A stretch of 63,999 nt of DNA, the filler included, from Jimgerdemannia flammicorona (lineage: Eukaryota), in NCBI GenBank assembly GCA_003990765.1. It is 3 parts of 3 records of this genome, joined end to end, with 100 filler letters (N's around TTAATTAATTAA, not from the genome) between each part and the next. Parts side by side here need not be neighbours in the genome. Positions count along the whole stretch, not along the records: positions 1 to 21,355 come from RBNJ01001470.1; positions 21,456 to 42,807 come from RBNJ01001471.1; 1 more part is not named here. One strand, written 5' to 3'. The position numbers and the translations under genes were made by a program. The notes beneath the pieces were generated by a model. The model was not told where the DNA came from. It made no database searches and saw nothing but the letters and a program-made list of their open reading frames with translations. This document shows, in pieces, positions 12,696-25,973 of the stretch. Numbering within the stretch: the stretch's first letter is position 1; the number at the start of each line of letters is the position of its first letter.

Positions 12696-12923
12696 TGGAA
12701 GAAAAAAATCCTTCAACTTCAGAGCAGAGTTGCAGTTTGTTATGTACCTAGTGTTTCAGAGAAATTTAGTCTCAGGAGATCTTTTTAACTTTATGAATAA
12801 TGTCCAAACTGAAGCATTTTGATTCATCATCAAATCTTTAATGTGAACGGAAACCGTCATTCGAAGCAATCAAAGAGATAACTTGTATTGGATAAAATAA
12901 ATAAATAAAGATATTTGGCTTGA

Positions 12924-14858
12924 TTACAATTCAGAACCAACAAGACCCGCAACGCCTCCATGTCTTGGCACAATTTTGACCTTATACTGCAACGGGATAC
13001 ATGTTGCTCCATTCCCAACCTTGTACTTGACAATCTCAACAGGCACGCGCTCTCCCCGAGCGTCAGTTGCGAACTCGACACGGAAGCAAGCCAGAAACCT
13101 AACAATGCCGATGAATAGGACGCGTTCGGCCACGTTCATGCCAACACAGACGCGGCGGCCAGTCGAGAAGGCGAGGTGGGGCCGCTCGCTGAACTCTGGG
13201 GTGGACTTGTTGGTGGTGAGCACGTAGTCCATGTGACGTTCCGGGGAGAAAACCTCAGGGTTCGGGTAGCGTTTGGGGTCATGGTGGATGGCGTGAATAT
13301 TGATGACTATGGTAGTGCCCTTCGGAATGGTGTAGCCACGATAGGTGTCGTCCTTGGAGGTTGCGTGGGGAATGGAGACGGGGGCGGCGGCGCGGTAGCG
13401 GAGAATTTCCAAGATGATACATTGTACGTACTGGAGTCGTTCCTCTGATTTGTGAAAGGATTGAAGATGTTTCTGTTAATCGAAGGGAAATGACGGAAGT
13501 AGCTGCAAGAGTGGAGGTAATCTATAAAAATTTCGTACCATCACTCTCATTCGGAAGTCTGTTGTGACCAACGACGTGTTCAATTTCTGCAAAGGCTTTC
13601 TCTTGCACTTCAGGATAATGGGCAAGAACTGCACACAACCACCGCATTGTAATCGACATTGCCTCACTCCCTATGGTTTGAGTATCGTAATCAATTTACA
13701 GTGCATACAACCCATACATGCCAGCCAAAGAACAACCCAATAACTCACCCGCAAAGCTCAAGACAGATCCGATATGCGTCAACTGTAAGTCCGACAGATG
13801 TTCACTTCCTCGCGACGTCATGATCTGGCCCATCACGGATTCAATCGTCGTCCCCTCCTGCAACCGCTTCTTTAGCCCAAAAACCTGCTCGCCCCAGAAC
13901 CGTTCCAGATTGTCCCTGACTTGAATAGCACGCCGCAACGTCTCCCTCCGTAGGATTTTGAGCACAGGGAGAAACTCTGCAAGTTGCTCGGAAGGGGTGA
14001 TAAGCATAAGGACGTCATGCCCAACTTGGTTGCATTTTTTGATGCGCTCGTCGTTGGGCTCAATGTCGACGCCGTAAATGATAGCGAATATTGTGGAGAC
14101 TGTATAAAAATCGAAAATTTCGGCGGGATTGACGGCGCTGTCGGGCGAGGACCTAGAGGCCTCGTAGAGGCTTTTAAGCATGGCGTTTGTCCGGACGTTA
14201 ATGGTGCGTTGGTAGTTGTTGATCTTCGTCTTAGTCAAGGCGGAATGGGCTGCATCACACAGATTGAGAATAAGGCAATGGTAAGTTGCAAAGTAAATCA
14301 AGTAAATTTGGGAGAAAGTTTGTCAAAACTTACCAATACGGCGGATTTCCTTCCACTCTTCGCCGTAGGTCATGAAGGGAATCTGAGCGCCTTGATCTGA
14401 GCATGTGAAAGCTGTTAGGTTCTGCAAACGACAAAAGGCGAATCATTTCAACCCAACTTAATCATCAGCAGTTCGCACCCTGGACACATACCTCCTCTGG
14501 CCAACGCAATCGACACATCCGATAAACTCCTGGAGGAGTATATAGTTCCGCGCTCCACGATGAGATCTTTTACCACCTCGATGGAATTGAGCACGATCCA
14601 CCGCTGCACACCCATCTTGAGGGTGAAAATGGGCCCAAGCTCTTTGCTCATCTCCGTGAACACGATCTCGGGAGGGTTGCCACTCAACTGGTGGATATTA
14701 CCGATGATGGGCAGGCCCGGCGGGCTGGGAGGAAGGGCCGCATCGATCTTGGCACGCCGCGAGGCCTCAGCGAGGCGGCGTATGGCGAGAACAGCGAGGA
14801 TGCCAGATGCGACGAGGAGGTAGGTTTTTGAAGGGGAGGAGGGTTGGATTGTCAACAT
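12924..14858 (-). CDS. Cytochrome P450, ~527 aa, 5 exons: 14858-14492, 14396-14334, 14249-13749, 13670-13539, 13444-12924
   Basis: N-terminal TM anchor, PPSPPGLPIIGN hinge, C-helix WKEIRR, I-helix FAGSEAMS, EILR (ExxR), PERH, and heme motif FSTGRRVCVG. All introns are GT-AG; the joined length of 1584 nt is in frame. The exon 2 acceptor could alternatively be 6 nt downstream. Confidence 0.93.
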
Positions 14859-15844
14859 GATGGATCAATTTAACCAGGAAAGAAAGCGAAAGCGAAAGCA
14901 GGATAAGGTCTAAGACTGATGGTGATTTTTGAAGTAAAACGGATACCCTCCATATGGATAAAATGTGGCTGGAAAGATTCCCAAAAACCAGGAGGCCAAA
15001 TTAAACCATACCACGAGTATCGCGAAGTGAGAAATAGTGAGGGTGCTAATAAACTAATAAAGCTAACAAAGAGCGAGCCTACATCCTTGTTCGCCTCGTG
15101 GAAATTGCTTCATTAGCGAAAGCACATATTTGCTTGCATTTGTGCATGTCGTACAGTGGAGGAGGGATTGTAGAAGAGAAACAGCTTGAGACCCACCTAC
15201 CATCGCGAAACTTGCGTGTGCCCACTAGACATTAACAACAAAACCCTACTGAGAACCAATATCGAGATGCAAAGAATGAAGAGCTTAAGTTTACCTCGTG
15301 GCAGGGTCAGGCGGATGCATTATACTAAGGGATTCCAAGAGAACGGATAGCTTGAGTCGGGCATCGATAGACAGTATTTGGCTACCGCCAAATCAATGCC
15401 AACTGGTTTCCCTGGGGCCCTAAGGTCAGCTCCATCAAGCAAAGCCCGGAGGAAGATCCAAGGAGTCACCATGTTGTGAAGATCGGTGTTGATTATATTC
15501 AAAAATGATAAGGAGCGAGATGTGCTATTTTTGGAGCTTCACATTAAGGACTGGTTTCAGATTATGTCATGTTGGCGGTTCGCACGTGACACGGTACAAT
15601 CCCGAACCTCTCTGCCAGACCGACACCAAAACCACGATTTATACCACATGCACCGGACAAAGGAGAAGCGCAATAGTAGAAGGAAACATTGTTCATGATA
15701 CCGTCGAGCGCTTACTGTTACAGATTCCACGTCACCCTTGAACAACCTTATAGTTCTCAGCCCTCCATCATCTTTTACCAACTCCTTCCCTTCTCTCCCT
15801 CGCTATGCTACGCTACCCTCATCCCACCCTCTTTCCTGTCCTTA

Positions 15845-17914
15845 TCACTTCTCCTCCACCTCTGCCTCTGTGGTTTTGAACGGCGTGACAAGCATCTTGG
15901 AGAATTCCGTGATGTCTTCCACGCCGCGCACTTCTTTGACCAGCAGCGGCATGCGGATGATGTGAAAATCTTCGTACAGGTCATAAATTTGGTCCAGGTA
16001 CTTCTGCTGCATTTTATGGCGCACCGAACAGTGTTCGCAGTTGGAGCCTGCGGATCCGAGCGTCAGTCAGATGACGGGGATGTGGTTAATGGCGGTTCTT
16101 GGGTGGGGATCAATTATAAAAGATGGGGTGCCACAATAGGAAGACTAGCCATGCGAAATGAACGTGACAAAAAACGGACACAAAAAGGATATATCCCAGC
16201 TACTTCCCAAGAAAACCCCATCTACCGATTCCATCATTAACAATCGAATATAGAAATCCACCCACCTGGCTTGGGGAACAGCAGCTGGTTAACGACGATG
16301 TTGTGCGTGTCAATGTTGTACGCCGTCAGCTCCTGGATCATGCGCTCCGTCTCGTACAGAGACAGGAATTCGGAGATGCACACACAAATGAACGTCGTCG
16401 TGTTCTGGTTTGGTAGAATACATGAAAGAATATGAGCGCACATTTTTCTGCTGGCCTCTATAACACAGAAATATCCATAAATCTGGTTGCCTGGTAATTA
16501 CGTGACACCGAAGCAAAATACCTCGCAAAGTAGACAGGCGAACATAGAAAGCGATACTTACAGGATCCTTGAACTGGTTGTTCACTTCGGTGATGATGCT
16601 TCGCATGTCCTCGAGCTTTGTGAACATGTCGTCTTGGTTGCCGTTCAGGCCCATCATGCCCGACATCTGGATTTCAGTTAAAGGACGAGGAAGGAAGGTA
16701 TTGGGGTTAAAGAGGACAATATCACTATAATTTGATGTTTCCCATTACCCCAATCGAGCCTGCCTATTTTACTCCGACATGCCACCAAACCATAACAAAT
16801 TTTCATCGCTCTCGCCGAATTTCTGCACACAAAAACCATGCAACGCAACACCCGTCGTGTGAAAAATTTCTAGACCCGGCTCCGCGCGCGCGCACGAACC
16901 TGCTGGAACATGGGGCCGAACCTCCCGCTGAGTTGGCTGATCTTGGCGAGAGCCTTCTCGAGTACGCTCGGGAAGGAGAGGAAGCGGAGCGTGTGGCCTG
17001 TCGGCGCGGTGTCAAAAATGATGACCGAATACTCCATCGTTTTCACCTGCCTATGGAGGATGAAGAAAGATACAGTTGGGTCAATGCGATGGGACTGTGA
17101 TGGAATCCCACGCTTGCCTGCCAAGGCAACCCACGAACAGTTCTACGCACGATCTCGAGAACGTGGGAGAATTAATGTGACGTGGCCACGTACTTCATGA
17201 CCTCTGCAAATCCCATGGCCTCGTCCACACCGGGGATGGCAAACGCTAGGTCCTGGAACATGGAGCCCATTGCGTTGCCCTGGTCAGCTGTTGTGAGAGA
17301 TTAGGCTTGGGTAATAAATAAGCCGATTCGGCTATGATCAAAATGCATGCAAGCGAATAAACATGCAGGCTATTCTAAACCGTAGTGTTTTGTCCGGGAA
17401 TACATACATTGCTCGATCATCTCTTGTATGCTCGATGTCGGATCAATTTCCTAGGAAAGAGAGAGGAGGGGGCGGTGAGAATATGATATTCAGTACTATG
17501 GCTATCCAAATGGCGGAGCAACCCAGTGTTTTTCGTCGCGTATTCGTTTTTTATGTCTCTAACCTATATTTTTTCGCTATCACAATTATCCACACGTCGA
17601 TGCCAAAAATATTTGTCACATTAGATATGACCTACCATCGCATACAGATTAGGGAAACCGTTGACGAGGGTGGCCTCCTTACTGAATTTCTGGCCGAAGG
17701 CATCCGACAAGTTGTGGGCCGGGTCGGTGGAGATGAGGAGGACGGAGTCGCGAACCTTTGCCATCTGGGTGGCAAGAGAGCAGGAGGTGGTTGTCTTGCC
17801 GACGCCGCCTTTGCCACCGACGAAGATCCAGTGCAGTGACTTCTGGTCGAGCACGTTCTGAAGGGTGGGGTCGAGGGGCTGGAGATCGTCGTCGTCGTCA
17901 AAGGTGTCGGACAT
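15845..17914 (-). CDS. GET3: GET3/ASNA1 (ArsA-family) ATPase for tail-anchored protein targeting, ~337 aa, 7 exons: 17914-17636, 17450-17408, 17287-17194, 17050-16900, 16666-16562, 16404-16266, 16047-15845
   Basis: [15 protein letters not shown]-loop, [43 protein letters not shown] and CEHC zinc clasp. GT-AG introns; 1014 nt in frame. Confidence 0.96.
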
Positions 17915-18537
17915 GGTGTTGTTCTTGTTGGGTGGGAGTGTTGAGAAGGTTGAGGAAGGTCTAGTACACTACACGTGTTCTACTGACGTCACCTCAATAA
18001 AGGGGCACACCGACAACCTCAGCCACCCATACCCTACACAATTTTACACCTAGTATTGGTTAGACCCAACCGGATCGAGCAGAACGAGCCCGGACGGTCG
18101 AGACCCCAAGGCTGTATCACTCCGCCAGTTCCAGGGACATGCTTTCTCCGGAAATCTGCCAGCAGCAGAAGTATTTCGACGTTGTTCCAATGGATATCAC
18201 AACTCTGTGCTAAGACGCTATATACAGCACCTGAGATGGCAAAGTCACGGATTAACAAACAGCTTCACTAAGTGACTGGTCCAAAGTGAATGCCATCCTG
18301 GGTATGTACGTTGAAGTCTAAAGTGTTGTTCTTCAATTAAGTAGTGGGGATACAGAACGTTACTATTATATTGAGCTTGATAGCTAATGATTTTTGGCTA
18401 TTGAATAAATGTCAATAATAGGGTTCTCGTCTTTGATGACATCACTCCCAATCAGACGTCACCAAGTTTTGGCACACCCCTCGTGCAAAAGCCAAAAAGC
18501 CAACCCCACATCCTTCACCCCTCAACTCTCATCCAAA
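17915..18537. promoter_or_regulatory. Putative bidirectional promoter between GET3 and YIF1
   Basis: 623 bp between divergent ATGs. CACGTG (17972-17977) and TGACGTCA (17984-17991) lie near GET3; TGACATCA (18436-18443) and GACGTCA (18455-18461) lie near YIF1. Confidence 0.55.
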
Positions 18538-20079
18538 ATGTACCAACAACCATATAACTCGCAGGACTATTACGATCAATCCCAGTACGTCCCCTATGGC
18601 ACCCAGGGGTCCGGCCTACAGCAGCGCCACCAGGCCCATTCCCCACCCCCCTTGCAGCATCCAATCCCCACCCACCCGATCCCCTCGTTCTGCGACGCGC
18701 CGTCGCCTCAGCCGCCGGCCCAACAGCACCAGCACCAACAGCAGGCGAGAGGCCAGCCCATGGGGTCGCCGCAGCAGGGTATGCCAGATTTCTACCAGAA
18801 CTTTGGGTTCAACGACCCGGCGGCGCAGATGGGAATGCAATTCGCGGGAAGCGCTATGAAGAAGGGGAGCGAGTACGTCGAGCAAAATGTGAGTTGGGGG
18901 GAATGAGGATGAGAAGTATGATGAAATGGCGGAGTCCATGGGCAGATTTTTATGGACAAAGGGAGAGGAGAGGGTACTGTGTGGTGGACGCCCGGCACAA
19001 GGACGTGCTCATGACAGCCGTGACGGAGGTTGTCTGACGGTAGCAACCGATGTGTATGTACCATGGAACCGTAGAGGTACTGCTCCAAACCAACGATACT
19101 ATTTCGCCGCCAAGCGATATCCAGCATATCAGTCAATTCGTCTGTGAATCTGATACATCACGGTACGTCCGTCTAACTCCCCCTTCATATCCTACCCACC
19201 TCGCGTGCAGATCAACCGCTGGGTGAATATCCCGGCCCTCAAGCACTACTTCAAGGTCAACAACCTCTACGTGGTCAACAAGATTCGGCTACTCCTGTTC
19301 CCATGGCGGCATAAGGTAGGATATTGGTGGCAAGCGTGAGTGAAGGCGCGGTGTTTTCATAGTCTTGGTGGGTGGCAGGTTGGAGGTCACGGACGTCCGA
19401 CCTCGCGAACGACGTCAGAGGACGCGTGCGCACGAGAACTGATTCGATGCTCTCCACTTCATACTTACATTCCTCTTCACATCACCGAACATAGCCTTGG
19501 ACCCGCATGGTGAAGCGGTCCGAGAACGGACAGATGGAAGGGTTCCGGCCACCGAGGGAGGACATCAACTCGCCGGATCTGTATATTCCTGGTGTGTATT
19601 ATCTCGGCTTTTTTTTTTTTTTTTTTTTTTTCTCTGTTGCCGTGGGTTTTACTGGTGAGGTTAGGGCGTTGGCGTATACGGAGTAGGAAAACGGGTACGC
19701 TTATACGGGCGGGAAGTTGTAGGGCTAGCTATAGAGGGAGACGGAAATGGCTGTTTGCGATCCCCCTTCCCTCCCTTCCTTTCCCTCTCCTTTCATTTTT
19801 TTATTTTATTAAATTTATTTTTTTATTCCTGGGATTTTCGTATTATTTGTACGCTCAAAGGAGATGGTTTTTCTAATGCTCAGCTATCTTATTTTATCCA
19901 CCTTGCCGGCGGCCACTATCTATATTGGAAAATGATTCCACAGTCATGGCGTTCGTAACGTATGTGCTGTTGGTTGGCTTGGTGACCGGACGGGAGTCTA
20001 AGTAATGACATCCATCTACTCCACTGCTAACACGCCATACCACTCTCCGATGCACCAATCTCACTTCCTTCCTCTTTTT

Positions 20080-20125
<46 letters not shown>

Positions 20126-20646
20126 CCTCTTGCAGATTTCACCCTGAGGTCCTGGGCTTGACGGCATCGACGGCGTTGGGTGTGGTAACGTTTGAGCTTA
20201 TTTTCATCCGACTCGGATGTTATCTCCTGAACATCACGTCCGAGGCGGCGGTGCTCGACCTGGTCGCGTACGCCGGTTACAAGTTCGTCGGCATCGTCGT
20301 GGCCGAGCTTGCCGAGCTAAGCATGGCGCCGCCCTGGCTCGTGTGGGGCGCATTTATATACGCCGCGCTGAGCATCGGGTTCTTCTTGGTGAGTTTTTAG
20401 TGTTAGATTCTTCTTACTCGTGGGTAGCGCGATGTATGCACACATACACACCCAAAACCTGCCCTATAACATTGCAAGCGTTAACATTAAACGCACTCAA
20501 TCCAACAGCTGCGCTCCCTTCGCTACGTGGTCCTGCCTGACGCGGGCACCTCCACGGTAGCGAACCCACAGCGCAAACGACGAATGTGGTTCTTGCTTAT
20601 GATTGCGGGGATGCAGTTGGTGTTCATGTTCTTCTTGGTGAGATAG
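18538..20646 (+). CDS. YIF1: YIF1 (Yip1-family ER-Golgi trafficking membrane protein), ~333 aa, 6 exons: 18538-18888, 19211-19315, 19495-19591, 19944-20001, 20136-20388, 20509-20646
   Basis: [71 protein letters not shown] and FFLLRSLRYVVLP. GT-AG introns; 1002 nt in frame. Confidence 0.95.
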
Positions 20647-21355
20647 AGGAGTTGGGTGCGGTGAGTTGAGAATAAGGGTTAGAGATGAAGGAAACAGGTA
20701 GGCAAGGTGAGCGGTATCGATATGTGCAGGGTGATAAAAATATATTGTTATCTCTCTCCGGTCTATGCGACCCTTCTTGATTTCCATTGCTTTGTATTTC
20801 CGGCCGTATGTATGTCGTCATGGGCAATTGAGTTTTGTGAACGCTTTCCTTGTCTTCTATGGTTTCGAAAGAAGGTGTCGCGTGTGTGGGTGCCGCGTTG
20901 TACCTCGTGTGTATATCATTATCACTATCTCCATTTTCTATTATGCGATGAATACATAGTTCAATTGTGCACAAGGAGATGATGAAACGTCGCATAGAAA
21001 CTAAGGACCCTTACGATTTTTGGTTATATAGGATTCATTTGGTTCTACAGCGCCAAACGTATTGGCGGTTTTTCTCCTTTTCGGATTGGCAGAGGGTCTA
21101 TTAAAACGAAATTTGAGAAGAGAGGTTGCATGTGAAGGCGTTTGCTGGGGTGCCTCTTTCGAGCTTCGCGTGTACCGCATGGGTCGTGATCAATGGGTGA
21201 TCGCCCGGAAATTTGGATAGATCAGACGGACCGAATTTGTCTGGCAGGGCCATATGGTGATTGATGGTACCCTTTTTCGGCGGCGTTGGCATATAATGGA
21301 AGCGGAGATAGATTGATGGTATATGAAATAGAAAGGGTGAGACAGAAAGCAAGGG

Positions 21356-21455
21356 NNNNNNNNNNNNNNNNNNNNNNNNNNNNNNNNNNNNNNNNNNNNT
21401 TAATTAATTAANNNNNNNNNNNNNNNNNNNNNNNNNNNNNNNNNNNNNNNNNNNN
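21356..21455. other. Artificial contig-joining linker
   Basis: N44-TTAATTAATTAA-N44, which has stops in all six frames; identical to 42808-42907. Confidence 0.97.
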
Positions 21456-21559
21456 AAAAAAAAAAAAAAAAAAGCCAAAGTTACCTAAGCTAAGGATGAT
21501 AGATATTAAGAATAATAAGACTGATAATAATGATGATAAAAGGTCAATTAAGATCAAGT

Positions 21560-22670
21560 AAAAATACTCCAATGTTCACTGAGAAACTTATTCTAATTTA
21601 GAGAGTTATTGAGATATACTAAAGATATCTTATATAAGGACTATATAAGCTATATTAAGATATATAAATATATATTTATTATAACCTCCAGTGAGCTAAA
21701 TATATATAATAAAGTGATAATATCTCCTGATAATAAAAAATTGAAGAAAGTTATAAATAAAGAGTATAATTTACTTATTGAGAATAATATATAAGATCTA
21801 TTACTTCTTCTGAATAATTGATAAGCTATAGAATCATATCGAGTTTATAAAATTAAGTATAAGAATGATAGAAGTATAGAATAATATAAAGCTTACTTTA
21901 TTGCTAAGAGTTATTTATAAGATTATAGTATTGACTATAATGTGATATTTTATCAGTATTCAAGCTTGCTTCATTGAGAATACTTTTTATAATCAGTGTT
22001 ATATACAATCTGGAAATCTATCAGATAGATATAAAGATGACTTTTCTTAATAATGATATAGATATAGAGCTATATATTTACCAGCTACAAGAATATAAGT
22101 AGAACAATGATCTCATATATAAACTATATAAAGAATTATATAGTATTAAATAAGCAGCTCATTTGTAGAATAGAAAAATTAATAAATATCTCCTTAATAA
22201 TAACTATATATATATACTATAAAGTAGATAACTATAATATATATATTCAACACTATACTAATAGAGTGATATTTATAATAAAAAACAAACTTAATAGAGT
22301 TAAAGAAGCCTTATATAAGGAATTCAAGATGATATATATAGATAATATATCCTTTCTTTTAGAAATATTTATTATATATAATAGAAGTATATATATCATA
22401 TATCTTTCACAGTTAACTTATATCTATATTATTCTTGAACAATTCAATATAAGTAAATATAAGCTAGTAAACACCTTTATAGAAACTTTGATAAAGTAAA
22501 GAAAGTCTGATACTATATTAGAGAAAAACTATACTAATATTCTCTATCAATAAGTAGTTGATTCTCTTAGATATCTTATGTTAGAAATAAGACTCAATAA
22601 TTCATATATTGTAAATAAGGTGGTACAGTACTCATTATGCTATAATAATTTATATTGAAGTACTATTATC
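21560..22670 (+). mobile_element. Ty1/Copia reverse transcriptase relic, extremely AT-shifted
   Basis: Decayed motifs: EYNLLIENNI* (~EY.SL..N.TW), VYKIKYKND..YKAYFIAKSY (~YKARLVAKGY), LEIYQIDIKMTFLN (~IHQMDVKTAFLN) and YQ*VVDSLRYLMLEIR (~YQQAVGSLMYLM..TRPD). Confidence 0.8.
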
Positions 22671-22699
22671 AGTTTTTGTCTTTTGTTGTTTTAGCAAAG

Positions 22700-24300
22700 A
22701 TATCATCTACTTCAATTGCAGTATTGATATTAATATTAATATCAATATTAGAAATTATATAATAAACTAATTTAGATAGAGAAGTATAATTTTTATTATA
22801 AACTATATAAAGTATGTTTTCAGCCTCTTAAATCCAAATATCTTTTTAACTATAGGATAAATAATATTCTAGTTTAATTCTGAGATTTAAAACTAGTTTT
22901 TATTCAAAAAAATAGATTTATAGTGATCAACTGATCAAGTAAATTTCAAATTTCAAAACTGTCTTTAGTATTAAGTAAATTTTGAAATAGATTTATCAAA
23001 AACTATCTATCATTGAATAGTATATCTTCAACTTGTCAATAGCTACCATTATTGTCTGATAAATAATGTCTGGTAGCTCTCTCATCTTTAGTATTTAAAT
23101 ATCTTTATCATCTTTTAACATATTTAGTAGAAAGTTATAAATTAGAATAGATATATAAATTATTATATATTTATACTTAGTTACAAGATCTATTATCTTT
23201 TGAAAGTTCTTTAGAATTTTCATAATATCTTTTAATATCTACTAAGTATTATTTTCAATAATATATTTTTGCAAATCTTTATCAGTTATAATTATTGAGG
23301 TTAAGAATTATTAATAAAAATTAATTCATTAATAAATAAATTATTATAATATAATATAATATAAAGTTTATCTCTGATAATTCTAAGGTCTATTTAATTA
23401 TAAAATATATTGAATTCTACTGAGTCTTAATATTCAAAATAAGTTCTTTTGAATTGCTAATTTTAAAAGCTTTATATTATGCTTTAAATCAATAAAGATA
23501 TTATAGTGATTACTGGATCTTAATAATTCTTATCTGGAGCTTTAAAGTTAGTTCTCTATTATCATCAGTCTTCATATAAACTAAGAAGGCCTAAGCAGCC
23601 AGATTAATAATATGAGCCAGATAGTAAATATATTATAAAGATTAGTATCAAACTCTGTTTTAATTGCTTAAAAAAATATATTATTATTAGATATATTATA
23701 GCTAATATCTAGAATAAAAGATTAATAATTCAAAATATAAATTTTTAAAAATTCTGATCTTTTTTAAAAATTCTGATCTTTTTTAAAAATTTTGATCTTT
23801 TTTAAAAATTCTGATCTTTTTTAAAAATTCTGATCTTTTTTAAAAATTCTATCCTTTTTTGAAAATTCTAACCTTTTTTCAAAAATCTCACTCTTTTTCA
23901 AAAATCCTAATAGCTTAACAAAATCAATTAATATACTAATTCTAATAGATTCAATATATATTAATTTCAAGAAATATATATATATTTAGAGATATCTATA
24001 TATCAATAGTAAAGGATATTTGACCTGATATATTCTATTTTTGAATATAATAAGATTAATTTAAATAGACATTTAACTTGAAAATATTTGAATTAATATT
24101 TAATATCAAAATATTAAATCTTACCTATAATATAATTTTGATAATATCATGCTTCTATTGAAAGACCAGTTTAATTTCATTTTATATAATTCTAGTAAAA
24201 GACATAATAATGTCCAGTTTCAAAAGATAAAAGAGATCTTTTAACTCTGAATTCTCAACTATAAAAGGCTGACTATTATAGATAATCTAGTAAACAAGCT
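22700..24300 (-). mobile_element. hAT-superfamily transposase relic
   Basis: Minus strand reads IYYLAHIINLAA*AFL (~23585-23632, =C.AH.INL) followed by NIKTQ*NSIYFIIK*TL (~23385-23436, =D..TRWNST..M..RAL). Boundaries approximate. Confidence 0.6.
23742..23905. repeat. 19-bp tandem repeat (TTTTTTAAAAATTCTGATC), about 8 units, decaying rightward
   Basis: Directly visible in the sequence. Confidence 0.9.
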
Positions 24301-24780
24301 TTTCTCAAAATAATAGCATAAAGTATTTTGGTTATTTTGAATATTATAAAGTAATAATAAATTAATAATAAAAAAAAAAATAAAAAATAAAATAAAGAAG
24401 TTAGATATATAATAAAACATACTTGTGAAAAAAAATATCTATCTCTTCTCCTCCTTGATGACTCTTATAATATTTGTTAAAATGTGTTTATAAATTTATT
24501 ATTAAACTACCAATAGTCTTATATAATATTTTATAGTAGTTATATTAAATTCAGATATCTCTATTTTTTATATACTCCTTTGTGAATCTCTTTTATATAT
24601 CAGAGCATTTTTTTTCTTTCTCAGACTATGATGAGATTATACTTGTCTTAGCTATACTTATATCTAACATTGAGGCTATTACCATAGTATTCTCTATAGA
24701 TAGTAATATTAAAAGTATATTGGACATACTTGATTACTTTGAGAGAGTATATATATTATTATATATTAAACTATATATAT

Positions 24781-25971
24781 TATAACAAGTAGCAGAATCA
24801 TCTTACCAAAATCATAAATTAGTTACATACTATATCTAGTACACTAAGTAACCAAAACTGCTTTACTGTACCAATCTATATAATTAGTCAGAAATACCAG
24901 AAATAGTATATTTATCTATACTAAGTAGATATACTATACTGAGTAGATATACTATACTGAGTAGATATACTGTATTATCTAGATATACCTACTAGAGATA
25001 GTAATCTATAATTAGCAATATAGTAACCAAATAGTAACCACAAGTATATAAAATACCCTAAAGACAAGAGTAATAAACCTCAGTCCAAAATTCAAAGCAA
25101 AAGACAAGTCTATCTATCACACTTCAAGAAGAACTCTATAGTTACTACTAGGAGATTGTGAGCTTACTTTCTACTCATCTACTTTCTGATATAAAGAATG
25201 AGTCTGTTTTTAGTTTACTTGTCAGATAAGCCTGAAGAATTGCTACCAAAGTTTGAGTGAAGAACTTCATTATCTTTTGAAGTAAAATCTGTTATTTCTA
25301 GAGAGCTCACTATTTTTACCACAAGTCAGTCTTCTGATATAACTTCACAGTGGAGCTAGTCTATGATATAAATCTATATAAATGAAGCCAGTCTTTGACA
25401 TAACTTGCCAAGAATTCACAATATCCAAATTATCTACATTACCCAAGTTATCCAAGTTACTGAATTATCTATGATGTCTAAGTTATCTATATCATCTGAG
25501 TTATTCAAGTTATCTAAGTTATTCAAATTATCCAAGTTATCTAAGTTATCTAATATTCTCAGAGAAACCTGCTAATTCAGGAGAATCTGCACTCAAATCA
25601 AATTATTTATCAAAACTATTGCTTATTAAGGAAACTGCCAAATTACCAGACTGCTTTATATAAGGAATCCTATCATACTAAACAGAGATCATCACACTAT
25701 ATAAGATTGTCATGCCAAGATTGTTATGTAGAAATTACATACTTTTGAAGATTATTATACTATATACAAATTGCTGCTCATACTCAAGAACCTATCTCAA
25801 TAAGGAAATTGATCATTGTATCTAGACTTGACTATTATACTACTAAACACCAAGGATCTCAGGAATTATAAGAATATTTTATTGCTTTTTAATAAAATAA
25901 CTGGGGGCTCAAGCCAAACTACATCAATCCCTAATCTTATAATTTGCCTCCATTGAGTTGGACACATTACA
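24781..25971 (+). repeat. 5' LTR of Gypsy 1 (~1.19 kb) with internal 18-bp and 9-bp tandem repeats
   Basis: Starts TATAAC (decayed TGTAAC) and ends TTACA. Matches 33552-34430; its 3' end matches the reverse complement of 63828-63999. Confidence 0.85.
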
Positions 25972-25973
25972 TT

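Noticed and set aside
15320..15502. 60-aa ORF between P450 and GET3
   Set aside because: No recognisable motif or supported exon structure.
19894..20142. Poly-Lys and poly-Phe ORFs
   Set aside because: Artefacts of intronic poly(T) tracts in YIF1.
21101..21352. 83-aa minus-strand ORF at the contig end
   Set aside because: No recognisable family; could be a terminal exon or noise and cannot be resolved here.
23742..25552. CRISPR-like arrays (19-bp, 18-bp and 9-bp repeats)
   Set aside because: Head-to-tail tandem repeats without unique spacers, no cas genes, eukaryotic context.
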